NCBI GenBank assembly: GCA_016748015.1 | Contig: JAAOMT010000400.1 | Span: 1 to 64,000 of the forward strand | DNA length: 64,000 bases | Reading direction: 5' to 3' | Source of the DNA: Geosiphon pyriformis uo1 | Lineage: Eukaryota; Fungi; Glomeromycota | Part shown: positions 25,140 to 37,365 of the stretch, one piece after another | Layout: the number at the start of each line of letters is the position of its first letter | How positions within the stretch are numbered: position 1 is the stretch's first letter | Notes under the pieces: generated by a model | What the model saw: only the letters and a program-made list of their open reading frames with translations | What the model was told of the DNA's origin: nothing | Database searches by the model: none | Translations under genes and position numbers: made by a program

Positions 25140-28100
25140 TTGTTCAGTAGAGCTACACTCAAGGAGAAACCTATTACTGCCATGTACACTAATGCTAAAG
25201 TTGATGGTCAGGCCATAAAACTGATTCTAGATAGTGGTTCAGTAGGCAGCATCATTATCAGACAACTCATAAATCAATTAAGTTGTCAAGTTAACTATGT
25301 TGCCAGTGCAAAAATTATTACTGCTAATGGAACCACAAAAATGCTTATTGGAGAGATTAATGAGTTTTTATTCAAAATCAATGGTCTCATTATGTCCATT
25401 AAAGTTTTGGTAATGGAAGTTATTCAATACCAAGCTTTAGTTGATAACAACTGGCTGTTTAAGACCAATACCATACTTGACTGGACCACACAGGAACTAC
25501 AATTCAGCCAAAATAGTCAACACATGCAGGTTCCAGTCATGTGTGAACACTTTAAAGTTTTTTCAAGAAACCAACTATTGATCGAGCTGAAGGAAGTAAA
25601 GGAGAAACCTATCTGGAAAGTGTACCAAGTCTTTTGGACCAATGAAAATCACAACAAATTACCACCAATACTCTTGTAGAACAACAATGGGAAAGAAAAA
25701 AAAAAAGAAAAATCTACCTGGAATTCTAACCAAGCCTGGAGAACCAACAACAACCAGAAAGAACTAATAAATTAGGAGTGGAAAGAAAATACAAAAGAAA
25801 AAAAAAAGGAAGGAAGAAGAACCAATATCAACCACCACTACTATTTATACCTCATATACATATACTCTACCACAACAATCTAACTATCACTGCCCAAAAC
25901 TGGTATGCATCAATTGCGACAAAAAATTGTTATCAATGGGCACATGCTATGGCAATAATAAGGAATACCAGACAGCAACTAAGTTTTATTGCCACTCATG
26001 CCTCATTGAATGCTTTAGAAGACCAAAATGAGTTGAAAAATGGGATAATGAACTATGCTTGGCTTGTAAAGAAACTTTCCTTAATAAAGGAATATGGAAC
26101 AACATTTCTGGGAAAAGAGGAACATGTGATGAATCATGTTAGTACATGATTCTTTTAAGTGACTGGATAAGAAAAAGAATGTCCATAGATGCTGCCTAGA
26201 GACAAGCAGCCAAATGCTTAGATGGATGTCCACACAATGATGACAAAATTTGGCAAATGGCTCTTACCAAAATTGAAGAAGCATCATCAGAAGAAATAAG
26301 AATAATAAAAAACAACTCACCAGAACCTATAGAACTTGACTGAGACCCAGAACCAGTCATAAATCTACTGAATTCAGAACAATTTCATGAACACTACCAG
26401 GAATTAGCACTCACTAGAAAGGAACAAGAGCAATAGTTAAAAGAAATAAACACAAAACTATGTGACTATTGTTTGATCCCATGTGACTTCCAATATTGTA
26501 ATAAGTGTGACTTTATTTACAATTTACCATTACACATAATCTACACAATCTTAGAAGAGGAAAAACCAATCAGCAGCTGCACATCAGAATTGGAATCAAT
26601 TTTCAATCTTGATTCAAACTCTGATAATGATGATAACAAGAATAACAGTTCCAGCTCCATTCCAAATGACCATAAAAATTACAATGATTCAAACTTCAAT
26701 TCAAACTCCAAAACATATATTGCACTCCCTAATCTCATCAAGAAACAGGAACTTAAATGGTTTAGTGATAATAATGAAGGTATTATGCCAGAATGTGCAC
26801 ATAATACTAATGCAGAGTTTGATCTGAGATATTTGGGAAAAGATTCTATCAAATTAGAACTCCATTCATGCACCTGCATTAATCTCAAAATAACACTGGA
26901 AATTTTAACAACAACAATGATTTAATTAGCATCTAAGAGTAGCTTAGCCAAAAAGGGAATTAAGATTAAGGGAGGAATAATTGACACAGAATATGTAGGA
27001 AATATTATTGCTATGTTACAAAATGACTCAGAAAAGGCATATCTTATAGATCCAAACAAAAAGATAGCACAGGCAATATTCCTACCTCTGGTGAAAATAG
27101 CTCAGTTAATGTTAATGGGAAACAGAGAAAAATTAAAAATTACCACTAGAGGGATACAGAGTTTCAGATCTATAGGTAGAATAGATATACCAGTTAATAT
27201 GGCAGAGGAAGAAATTATTGACAAGGAAGAAATTATCTCCACCCATTAACCAATTTCTATCCCACCATATGACTAGTACATAGTAACCATAGAGAGAAAA
27301 GTAAAGGATCAGATTCAGATTTTCGAGACAAAAGCAACATTTTGTGAATTAGGAGAGATTGGATTAGTCAATTTACACATACCAGTCAAGAACCACAGTC
27401 ACATCAAAATTTTCATTTACAACAATACAGAAAACATCATTAAGATACCAGAAGGAATTACCATTGGATACTTAACTACTAAAATTGAAAACCAACTGCC
27501 AAATACTATTTCAGACTTTCCACAACTGTGTGGATATGTAGACATCACATCTCACTCCATATACAGATGAGAAGAATGTTATTTGCTCCAATCAAAACAA
27601 TTGGAACAAATGAACTTGGGAAATCTAGACCCACTACAATATATGCAACTCAAGATGCTACTCAACAATTTTAATAACATTTTTGCCAGTGAAAATGAAT
27701 TTGGCAGAATTGACATCATCCAACATCAAATCAAGACTGAAGATATAATGCTAATTAAACAGAGAGCATACAGAGTACCACCAGCTAATTATAAGATCAT
27801 TTGTCAAGAAATTAACCGAATGCTTGACAATGGGCTAATTCAGTTATTAATGAGCCCATGGTCGTCATCAGTGGTATTAGTTCATAAGAAAAATGGAAAA
27901 ATCCACTTTTGTGTAAATTACCAAAAATTAAATGGAGTAACAAAAGGAGATAACTACTCAACTCTAAAGATTCAAGAACTTTTTAATGCTTTTGGAGAAA
28001 AGAAATGATTTTTAATTTTAGACTTAGACAGTGGTTATTGACAAGTAGCCATAAAACCAAAAGACAAAGAGAAAATGACTTTCACAACTTAGAAAGAAAA

Positions 28101-30418
28101 TTTTGAATTTAAAGTAATGTTATTTGGCTTGATGAATGCTTTTGCCACATTTCAATGGCTAATGGAAATTGTCTATACTATACTACTATAGAAATCAGTA
28201 GTTATATACTTAGATAACACCAATGTGTTCTCAAAAACATTTGATGATTATTTGCATCATCTCCAACAAGTATTTGAAAGACTCAGATAAGCAGAATTGA
28301 AATTAAATGCAAACAAATGCTTCTTTGGCAAAACTGAACTCAAGTTCTTAGGACATATTGTAAGCAAAAATAGTATTAAAACAGATTCAAATAAAATTGA
28401 GATCATCAAAAACTTTTTAATACCAAATAATCTCACAGAATTAAGAGTATTCTTGGGATTTGCTGGATACTACTGCTGTTTTATCAAAGACTTTTTCAAA
28501 ATAGCTCAACCACTACACCAGCTTCAAACAAAGAACACCAAATATAAATGGACAGAAACTCAGTAAGAAGCTTTTAATACATTAAAAAGAAAGCTTATTC
28601 AAGCTTCAGTACTAATCTATTTAGATCATAGCAAGCCATTTGTAATCACAACTGATGCATCTGATCAAACATTAGAAACAGTACTATTACAGAAAAAACC
28701 AAATGGAAGAAAACATCCAGTAGCTTATGCTAGTAGAAACTTAAGTCCAGCTGAAAAGAACTACAGAACTCCAATGCTAAAACACTTAGCTATTTATTGG
28801 GCTGTCATCAAATAGAAAGAATACTTGAGTCAAAAGTTTGATGTATACACTAATCACAAAGAATTGACTTTAATTCAGAAGCAAAAATTTGGAAATGATT
28901 ACCATGCCAGATGGAAGATAGAACTTTTACCATTTAATTATACAGTACATTACAAAAAAGGAAAAAAAAACAGAAATGCTAACAGATTGTCACAAATAAG
29001 ACAAATCTAAAAACATTCCAACCCAAAAATATAACAAAAAAATGAATATACAAAAATATTAACAACTCCAACATTATATCAATACCAAATTGTTCAAAGA
29101 AAAATTATCTCAAAAAGAACACAGGAACATAAAACAACAATCAAAATATTTTATTAACCATCAAAATATATTTTACCAAAAGAACAAAAGAAATTCAGAT
29201 TAACTAACCAAAGTAATTACAAAACCAGAGAAAGAAACAATATTATTTAACATACACTCAGATTTAACAGCAGAATATTTTCATAAAGAAGCAATCATAA
29301 AAAAAAACAGAAAAAGATACTATTGGCCATCAATGTATCTGGACATTATTCAATACATTCAAAGTTGTGATGCTTGTTAAAGAAGAGATGAAACAAAACT
29401 CAGTGAACTATTAAGACCAATCAAAGTGGAACAACCATTTGGTTGTATTGGAATTGACTTAGTCAGACCATTAACAATAACCAGCAGAAACAACAGATAT
29501 ATTACAGTAGTCATGAATTATCTCACAAAATGGCCAGAAGCAAAAGCCATTCAAAGAACAAATGCAGAATCTATTGCCGAATTTATTAATCAAGATTTGA
29601 TCTGTCAATATAGATGTTCAAAAGAACTACTATCAAATCAAGGAACTCACTTTGTAAATAGAACATTGGCAGAATTAAGTCAAAGATTTGGGATAAAAAG
29701 ACCATTATCATCACCATACTATTCACAAACAAATGAGTTAGTTAAAAGGTTTAACAGAACATTATGTAAAGCCATTGTCAAAATCAGCCAAAAAAACCAG
29801 AATAAATGGAATTTGATCATACCATTGGTATTATTAGCTTATTGGACAATGAAATAAGACACTATACAAGCAATATCATTTGAATTAGTATACGGTAGAA
29901 CAACAACATTACTAGTTAAGATAAAAGTCAAAACATATTCAACAGAACCAATAACAGAAGAAAATTTTCAAAGAACATTGTTAAAAAGAACATATGACTT
30001 AATGGAAACACTAGAAAATACATGGTGAAAAGCAGCTAATAACATCCAAAGATCACAAAAAAAACAAAAAAAAAGACACGATAACCAACTACCAGAGAAA
30101 CCAGTTGAATTCAAAATTGGAAACAAAATACTTCTATATCATATTAAAGCAGAAAAACAATAGAGTGGAAAATTTGACTCCAAATAGGACAGACCATTTC
30201 ACATAGAAGAAATTCTTGGAAATAGAGCTTATAAATTAAGGTTGAACAACAAAATCTTAACCAAAGCAGCACATGATAATCAACTAAAACAATATCATCA
30301 TATAGTATTATCATCTACTTGTAATATTCCACAATTAAGAGTACAGAGAATACTAGTTAAACCAGATGAGATTTTATGAGATCTAGAACCAATTATAATT
30401 ATTGAACCAAACACATAA
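25140..30418 (+). pseudogene. Gypsy pol: protease, Cys-rich insert, dUTPase, RT, RNase H, integrase (GPY/F, no chromodomain)
   Basis: LILDSGS ~25225. dUTPase 26780-27180. SPWSSSVVLV, FCVNYQKLN and YLDN at 28207-28218. TTDAS and VAYASR. IGIDLV, LLSNQG and NELVKRFNRTL. D-R-P-F..AYKL at ~30190-30240. Confidence 0.93.
26780..27180 (+). pseudogene. Trimeric dUTPase domain within the gypsy polyprotein
   Basis: All five motifs in order, allowing for G>A decay: NAEFDL (DAGFDL), SKSSLAKKG, GIIDTEYVG, KIAQAI, RGIQSFRSIG (RGxxGFGSTG). Confidence 0.9.
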
Positions 30419-30420
30419 AA

Positions 30421-31107
30421 TTGAACAACCAAGGAGTATATAAAGACACAGTATATGTGACAAAAGACAGCAGAAAAATAGAAATTACTAACAGTATTCA
30501 CTCATTAACACAACAACTTTTTCAACTAATCCAACAACAAGAAATGGAAATTACAATCAATTAACAAACTATTAGATACACAAACACCAGAAAAAGACTA
30601 TGAGATAAAATACGGAAAAAAACAGAAAACATGGTGAACAAAATAATCACAAAAGTGAAATTGGCAATAGAAACACAACCAAAAGTCACCCAATATTAAG
30701 AGTTAACTATAGAAACTTAAAATTGGTAGATACAACAATTTCCAAAAAACTTTTATTACTTTTATTTGGGACAACACTTGAACATTCAGAGCTTGTATAC
30801 AGATAAAACAAAATAATTATTTGATACAACAATACTGCAACAACTGGAACAATTTGTGGAGAAAAACAATTTGACCATACAAGCAAGAGCCATTTATTGG
30901 CTACACACCAAATTTCAAGATTGACCAGAAATTTTACTCAATCCAGAAATGAATTTTATTACTATTAACCAAATGGAAAAAATAACAAATGCTCAATTTG
31001 AAGAATTACAAAACAAAATAGCACAAGTAATTCTTGAAAAAAAAGTTTAAAAAATACTCAAAAGTGAAGAATTAGAATTAGGAGATCTTAATAGAGCTCA
31101 ATATTAA
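30421..31107 (+). pseudogene. Additional ~229-codon ORF3 between pol and the PPT, function unknown
   Basis: One frame from just after the pol stop to the PPT. Its 7 internal stops are all explicable as C>T/G>A hits. Contains NFYYFYLGQHL and QARAIYWLH. Confidence 0.65.
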
Positions 31108-31119
31108 AGAAAAAGAAAT
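31106..31119 (+). promoter_or_regulatory. Polypurine tract
   Basis: AAAGAAAAAGAAA immediately before the 3' LTR TGTTA. Confidence 0.75.
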
Positions 31120-31121
31120 AA

Positions 31122-31805
31122 TGTTATTCATAGAATATAGAAAGTATATTAGTATATAAATTAGCCAATCAGAAGTAGCTATAGTAAATGTAAAATTCCA
31201 GAATTCTTCTTAGAGAAATTGCAAGATTCCAAGAATCTCAGGATTCCTAATGTGAAGAATTGAAAAATTGAGGAATTTCAATTATGTATATATATCAGTA
31301 GCATTAGAAGTAGAAAAGACAGACCTCTTAGTTTAGATTTAATCTAAGTGACCTTTCAACTCACAAATATCAATAAAATAATTATTTTCTATCTCAAATT
31401 CACTCTCTACTATCAACACTTTATGTTGATAATAATTGATACTTAACTATACTGAAACAATAGTTCTTGATTATGGCTATTGATAAAATACTAACCATTA
31501 TTTGCCTTGGCTTATTTCTTATTTCTTATTTTTTTTATTTTTATTTCTTTTTCTTGTTGTTATTTACTAATTAATTAAAGGATTAAGCACTGGAATACAG
31601 ATGTCATAAGAACTGGTAAAAAACCCATAAAACAAGAGTAAAACACTCATAGATTTGAGGATAGTTTACCAGAAGAATTACCGGCCACTATGCTGAGAAA
31701 AAATTTCCACAACAAAATCTTCAGATACTAATGCCAAAATATCAATTAAGCACCAAATTACAGGTTTGTTATTTGATTTGAGACTCTAAATAATTACCTG
31801 TAATA
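31122..31805 (+). repeat. 3' LTR (partner of 17316-18037), with a ~70 bp internal deletion at ~31706
   Basis: Shares diagnostic segments with LTR 17316 (e.g. ATCTCAAATTCACTCTC, AACCATTATTTGCCTTGG) that differ in LTR 21109. Confidence 0.92.
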
Positions 31806-33553
31806 CCAAATAAGTTTCTAATATTTAGTATTTTAGAGCAATTCTTGTATTATAACTCTGTTTTTTTTTGAAGCAGTTGGTGTTGTGTTTGGTAACAGAC
31901 TTCTGGACAAAAAAGAAAATGTAATGAACTGGAAAACTTTTTGGCAGTAAAAAAAGTTGAATCTAAGAGGCTCTGTGCCTTACTGGTTTAGGCTGGTATC
32001 TGAATTTATAAGAGAAAATGGTTTTTGGAGGTTGAATTTGCTGTTGTTTCTGAATTGTCTGTGCTAAATGTCTTAAAATCCAAAAAGTTCTGTGATGTTT
32101 ATAATTGTTTACTAAAGATTTGGTCTGATTGTATTAAAGTCTATACAGATAAGTCCTTGAAGAGTGCTGGTTTTGCTAAGATAGCAAGTAAAGTGACTGC
32201 TTATTTTTTGGCTGCTAATGTAAGTGTTGGAATTAGAGTGTATAGGCTGTTGTCTTTTATTTTGGCTGAATTACAGGCTGTTGTTTTGGCTCTAGAGTGT
32301 GTTCTGTCTTTATGTGCTGTAGTTCTGTATTTAGACAGCCAATTTGCAATTAATGCTTGTGTGTCTGAGACTTCTTTTGCAGTGTCTGATTTTCACAATT
32401 AATTTTGGATGAAAAAATTACATATAGTCAATTTTATTAAGGATAAAAACATTTTAGTTAAATGAGTAAAAGTTAAAAAACATTTAGAGATTTCAGACAA
32501 TATTAAAGCTAATGAACTGGCTGACAAAACCATTTTTTCTTTTTTTTCTTTACATGTAAGGATTTAAAAACAGTTTTTGGTTGCTAAAAATGTCTGGTAA
32601 TACTCATTATTTTGTTTATGATTTGTACTGATCAATTTGCTGTGCTTATTGAGAAGCTGGTCTTGGTTTTAATATTGTTTTAAGTATTATAATTAAAAAA
32701 ATAGATTGGACTACTATTGCAATAAGTTGGCATCTTGACTTACACATGCTTTCTGGATTTACTAATAGAAAATCGGCTAATCTGTACACATACATAATAA
32801 AAGTAGTACACAGATGTCTGCTAGTGGTAATTAGGAAGAGGTTATATAACAGAAATTATTTTGAAGTATTATGCTTACTGTATGATAAAGTGGAGTTGTT
32901 AAATCATGTTTTTACTTGTTTTAATAATATTAGTCTCTGTAAAAACATTTTGGCTAAGATTACTAAGAGATGAATATCATTAACAGATTCTTTTTGCTTG
33001 TTTAATTTTGCTATTTTGCACTTGCTTTTAATGTATGTTTTAAATATGATTCTGTATACTATAATTTACAAGGGTTTTGTATTAAGGAATTAGTATGCTG
33101 AAACTGTTTTAATCTTTAAAGAGAAGAAAAAAACTGCTCTGGTTTTGATTAAATATGTTTAATTTATGATAGAATTGTATTGCACTAAAGTATGATTGAT
33201 TAAATTCAAACATAAAGTAGATATGGAAAAGATTAATTTGGTCAAGGATAATAGTTTGATTGTGAGCTTGTTTCATTGTGTGATATTTATGTTGTTAGAT
33301 AGAATAGTTTGTATGCTTAGTATTATAGAATTCTTTGCTATTAATTTTAGTAGACACAAAATATGTCATTTTTTCTTTGGTTTAAGTGATAATGTTTTTA
33401 TTAATATAGACATATAATATTCTCTTAACTGGTTTAAGTGGTTAGTTATATATAGTAAATATATAAGCTGTATTTAGTTTAAACTATTTAGTTTGGTTTT
33501 ATGTACTAGATAGCAGTTGGACTTTATTTATAAAATCTTGTAATAAAAAAAAA
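31806..33553 (+). mobile_element. L1-like LINE copy C, 3' part (RNase H, Zn motif, 3' UTR, poly-A)
   Basis: Resumes in frame after the CCAA TSD. The joined sequence aligns with uninterrupted copy D at ~55600. IKVYTDKS, AELQAV and YLDSQ motifs. AATAAAAAAAAA at 33542-33553. Confidence 0.9.
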
Positions 33554-33611
33554 TTTTAAAAATTTTAGTTATTTTTATTTTTTATTATTAATATTAAATT
33601 GTTATTAAATT

Positions 33612-34200
33612 TGTTATTAATAAATTTTTAATTTTTAAAATATTTTTCTATAGTTTTTTACAAAATTTTTTAATTGTAAACTTTTTAATAATATGTAGTT
33701 ACTTTGCTATAAAAGTTAATTTTTTTACAAAAAATCTCAATTGTAAATTATCTAATAATATAAAAAAAATTTTCTATTTAAAATTAAAATTTATTAAGTA
33801 ATTACTTATTTAATTTTAAAATATTAATTAAAATTTAAAAACAATAATAATTATAAAAAAAGTTTGATTTATTTAATTAATTTATAATAATTAATTAATT
33901 TAAGTTAAAATATTTTTTTAAAAAGAAAATTTTTTCTTTTATATAATCTATTATAATATTATTTTATAATTTAGCACTTATTTTTTCTAATATTTTAATA
34001 AATTAAAAATTTATTTTGATAAATTACAAGTTATTTTAGCAAATTTTGGTAAATTATTAAATATTTTATATTTTAACAAATTTTTTAATATTTACAAAAA
34101 TAGTTTTATTAAAAATTTATTGATTTATTTTGGTATAAATATTGTTAATTATATAATTTTTGGTGTTTTATATTATAATTATAATTTATTTAATAATATA
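33612..34200 (-). repeat. Heavily decayed family-Y LTR fragment
   Basis: TAGTTACTTTGCTATAAAAGTTAATTTTTTTACA (33696) matches 41119 and the reverse complement of ~57325-57360. Ends uncertain. Confidence 0.55.
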
Positions 34201-35114
34201 AGTTTTTTAAATTCAATTTTAAAAATATAATATAATTTTAATTAAATAATTAATTAATTAATTAATTAATTATATATAATAAAAACATAATTATATTTAT
34301 TAAAATATAAAATATAAAAATAATTATATTAAATAATATAATCAAATAATATTATTTTAAAAAATTTTTTTTATTATTATTTTTTATTTTGGTGATAATT
34401 ATAAAAATTTAAAAAAAAGTATTTATACTATATATATATAATAATTACATAAATAAATTTATTTTTGTGTTTTTTTAACATTAATATATTTATTTAAAAA
34501 TCACATTAAATAATTTAAATTAATTTATAATATTTTAACCCTTTAAAAATGTGTTTTTGTATTATGAATTATTGCACATATTTTTAATCATAAAATATTT
34601 TAAATAAAACCCAAATTTGAATCCTGAATGACTTTCTAAAACAAATCCAAAAATTCCCGTTAGCATTTTAAACTTTATTTTGCGTCATTGTTTAACGCAA
34701 ATTACAATTATTTACAAAATTTACAAATTTAATTAGTTAACTTGAACCATTCGATCAAAATGATTCAAAAATTAGTTTTCATTGTTTAGAGATTTCCTCC
34801 ATTATAAAAAATGTCTGTTAAAGAAATGTTCATATAATTTTGACAGTGAAGCGTAAGAAAGTTCTCGCGAATATTTAAAAGATCTTAGAAGAATGGTTTT
34901 AGGTCTAAAATCTAGGAGCAATGCTAATGATTAAAAATTAAACCCATATGAAATTGTCCTACAATTGAGTTGTAGATTGTCCAATTGAATTGTGAATTGT
35001 TTTTGCAAAAATAAATTCTTAATTAAACTCCACATCATCAATTTGGTACCTGCCCCTCCCCATACGTCAATTGTTCACTTTCGAATTGTAAATTGTTCTT
35101 TCAAAAATAAATTC

Positions 35115-36443
35115 TTAATCCAACTCCATATCATTATTTGGTAACCGCACTGATAAGGGAATTCTTACCCTCTCTCCACCCATCAATTGCTCACTTTCTG
35201 TTGGGGTTGAAATTCCTTCACCGTGACTACTTGATGGTGTGGATTGAATCGAAATTGCTGTTGGTCTACTTTTTAAAACGTCACCTTGTAGGTTAGCCGG
35301 AGCACGGCATGTTGGACAACGAAATGACAAGGGTGAAATTGTTTCCACTGTATAACCTTCGACCAACAACGACGTTCGGAGACAAGAAGTATGGAAACGG
35401 TGATGACATTGAGGTAAGGTGATTATTGTGGTATGTTGTTCATTAGCGTTATGAACTTCACCACAACAACCAACACGTTCCAAAGCACAACTTGTCTGGT
35501 AATTTGAAGAAGAGTGTCGATTAGGAGGTGAATGATAGGGATGTGAATGTTGACCATATCTTGTTCGAGATTGCGAGGAACGATTATTCGAAGAATTGAT
35601 AGCATTAGAAGTAGGAGCTATTCGAACTGTACTTTGAGAAACATTCTCAACTGTTGCTTCATTTATCGGATTATCATGATGATTAATGTCTATGTTATTG
35701 TTTTGTGATGGTTCTTGTTCTTGCCCCTCGACTTCTGCTTCAATTTGGTCTCGACATAGTGGACAGGTATTGTTCTGCCGTAACCATTCAAACAAACATG
35801 GTTCACAAAATAAATGCTTGCAAGGCATTTCACGGATAACAGATGAACATGACTTTTCATTATTCTCTTCTCGATTTTGACTTTCTTTCTTTATATCAAT
35901 CTTTTGATTTTCCTGATCGACACTGTTTAAATCCTTTTTTATAATAAAAAGTTCCAAACAAATTGGGCAACTTGCTTGCTCGTCAATATTTTCTTGAGTA
36001 ATTTCAACTATGGGCAACTCTTTCATTGCATTTTCAGAAGCTCGAGGTTTTTGCGTTTGTTGTGTTGGCCCCATGAAGAAAGGTGTGAAGAAGAATCTGT
36101 TTGGTTCACCATTTTCTCCGGTTGTAGCGTGGACAAAGAAGTGAATTCCGTATGTTTGTAAATTAGGAAAATCATTTCCTTCTTGTTGTTGATGTGTTTG
36201 TTGTGTAGATGTATCATTGTTGTTAATATTGTTTTGGTTGTTAATGGGCAGCTCAAAATTCAAATTGATATTCGGTTGTTGCCCGTTGGGCATGTTGGCT
36301 TCTGTTGCATTTGTGGTAGGCGGGTTATTGGTGTCAGTATTGTTGTTAGGACCAAATATAAAACTGAACGGAAAGAATAAGGAAAAACCACTAGGTTGAT
36401 GTGTGTTTTGGTTGCTAGAAGAATTTGGGTTTGAACCTGACAT
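35115..36443 (-). CDS. RING-finger E3 ubiquitin ligase with two RING-like domains and a disordered N/Q-rich N-terminus
   Basis: Intact 442-aa ORF with CpGs retained. ASENAMKELP followed by CPICLE...MPCKHLFCEPCLFEWLRQNNTCPLCR (RNF126/RNF115-like context). Second motif LPQCHHRFHTSCL...CPTCR. Confidence 0.9.
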   Translation of the reverse strand: MSGSNPNSSSNQNTHQPSGFSLFFPFSFIFGPNNNTDTNNPPTTNATEANMPNGQQPNINLNFELPINNQNNINNNDTSTQQTHQQQEGNDFPNLQTYGIHFFVHATTGENGEPNRFFFTPFFMGPTQQTQKPRASENAMKELPIVEITQENIDEQASCPICLELFIIKKDLNSVDQENQKIDIKKESQNREENNEKSCSSVIREMPCKHLFCEPCLFEWLRQNNTCPLCRDQIEAEVEGQEQEPSQNNNIDINHHDNPINEATVENVSQSTVRIAPTSNAINSSNNRSSQSRTRYGQHSHPYHSPPNRHSSSNYQTSCALERVGCCGEVHNANEQHTTIITLPQCHHRFHTSCLRTSLLVEGYTVETISPLSFRCPTCRAPANLQGDVLKSRPTAISIQSTPSSSHGEGISTPTESEQLMGGERVRIPLSVRLPNNDMELD

Positions 36444-36900
36444 TTTTTTAAATTTTCAGTCAAGGGGTTTTAAAAGGCTTTATAGGAGAAGGGGTTATAA
36501 AGTTAATTAAAAAAAAAAGTGTAAACAGTGTTTCAACAAAAACTCCTTTTCCTAAGGATATATATCGCTTGGGTGGACTATATATAGCCCGATTAAGTGA
36601 TTTCTTCAGTGATCGCTTACCAATAATCGATAGTTCTAGAAAGTAGCCGAATACCCTGGAATTAGAGTGATAACGCCAAATTCTTTTACTGGGTCTTTTA
36701 AACTGGTGATCGATTAATGGTGCCATTTGATATGCACCTAATACTAATCTAAATTGCGTCATATTCGTTGTTTAGAAATCATCGATTCAAAATATTTCCC
36801 GATATGTGATTCTGATTGTGTGATGATGATGATACAAAATTTTCCTTTGCCAGTGAGCATGAGAAAATAAACACTCAGCCTAATTACCCGTGCTCCTAAA
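36444..36900 (-). promoter_or_regulatory. Probable promoter/5' UTR of the RING gene
   Basis: CpG-containing, higher-GC non-coding segment directly upstream, with TATATA boxes at ~36559 and ~36579. Confidence 0.4.
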
Positions 36901-37278
36901 AAATGTGATTTGTTATTTTCTGTTGAATAACATTAACTCATATCAAAAAATTTTAATAATCAGAACTGCTAAAAGTTTTTTAATAAACAATATTTAATAA
37001 TTTACAAAAATAATATTACAAATATGACAAATAAATATTATGAAAATTTATTTAAATGATTTAAAATTACAAATAAATATTAGATTATTAAAATTATTTT
37101 TGAATCAAATTATTTAATAATATATATATATATAACAATAATTAAAAATATATAAATTAAATACATATTATAATTGTTATATTACATTATTAAATTAAAT
37201 CAAATCTAAAATATATTTTAAAAATACATTTTTTGCAATTTTATTTTCGTTTGTATTATTATATAAATCTTTAATTTC

Positions 37279-37282
<4 letters not shown>

Positions 37283-37364
<82 letters not shown>
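37283..37364. repeat. (ATT)n microsatellite
   Basis: About 27 perfect units. Confidence 0.97.

Positions 37365-37365
<1 letters not shown>

Larger units (their letters stand above)
17316..31805 (+). mobile_element. Composite Ty3/gypsy LTR retrotransposon (family X) with three direct LTRs and a 4-bp TSD CCAA
   Basis: TGTTA start at 17316 and TAATA (from TAACA) end at 31805. CCAA at 17312-17315 and 31806-31809. PBS, PPT, and gypsy order PR-RT-RH-IN. Confidence 0.93.

Noticed and set aside
30421-31107. Envelope gene or chromodomain after integrase
   Set aside because: No signal peptide, TM anchor, furin site or chromodomain motif. Kept as unknown ORF3.
523-33553. Alternative genetic code or stop readthrough to explain in-frame stops
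   Set aside because: Stops are of all three types, differ between copies and map to CAA/CGA/CAG/TGG. Host genes are open in the standard code.
36460-36762. 100-aa ORF upstream of the RING gene
   Set aside because: No recognisable motif. More likely promoter/5' UTR, although a uORF is not excluded.
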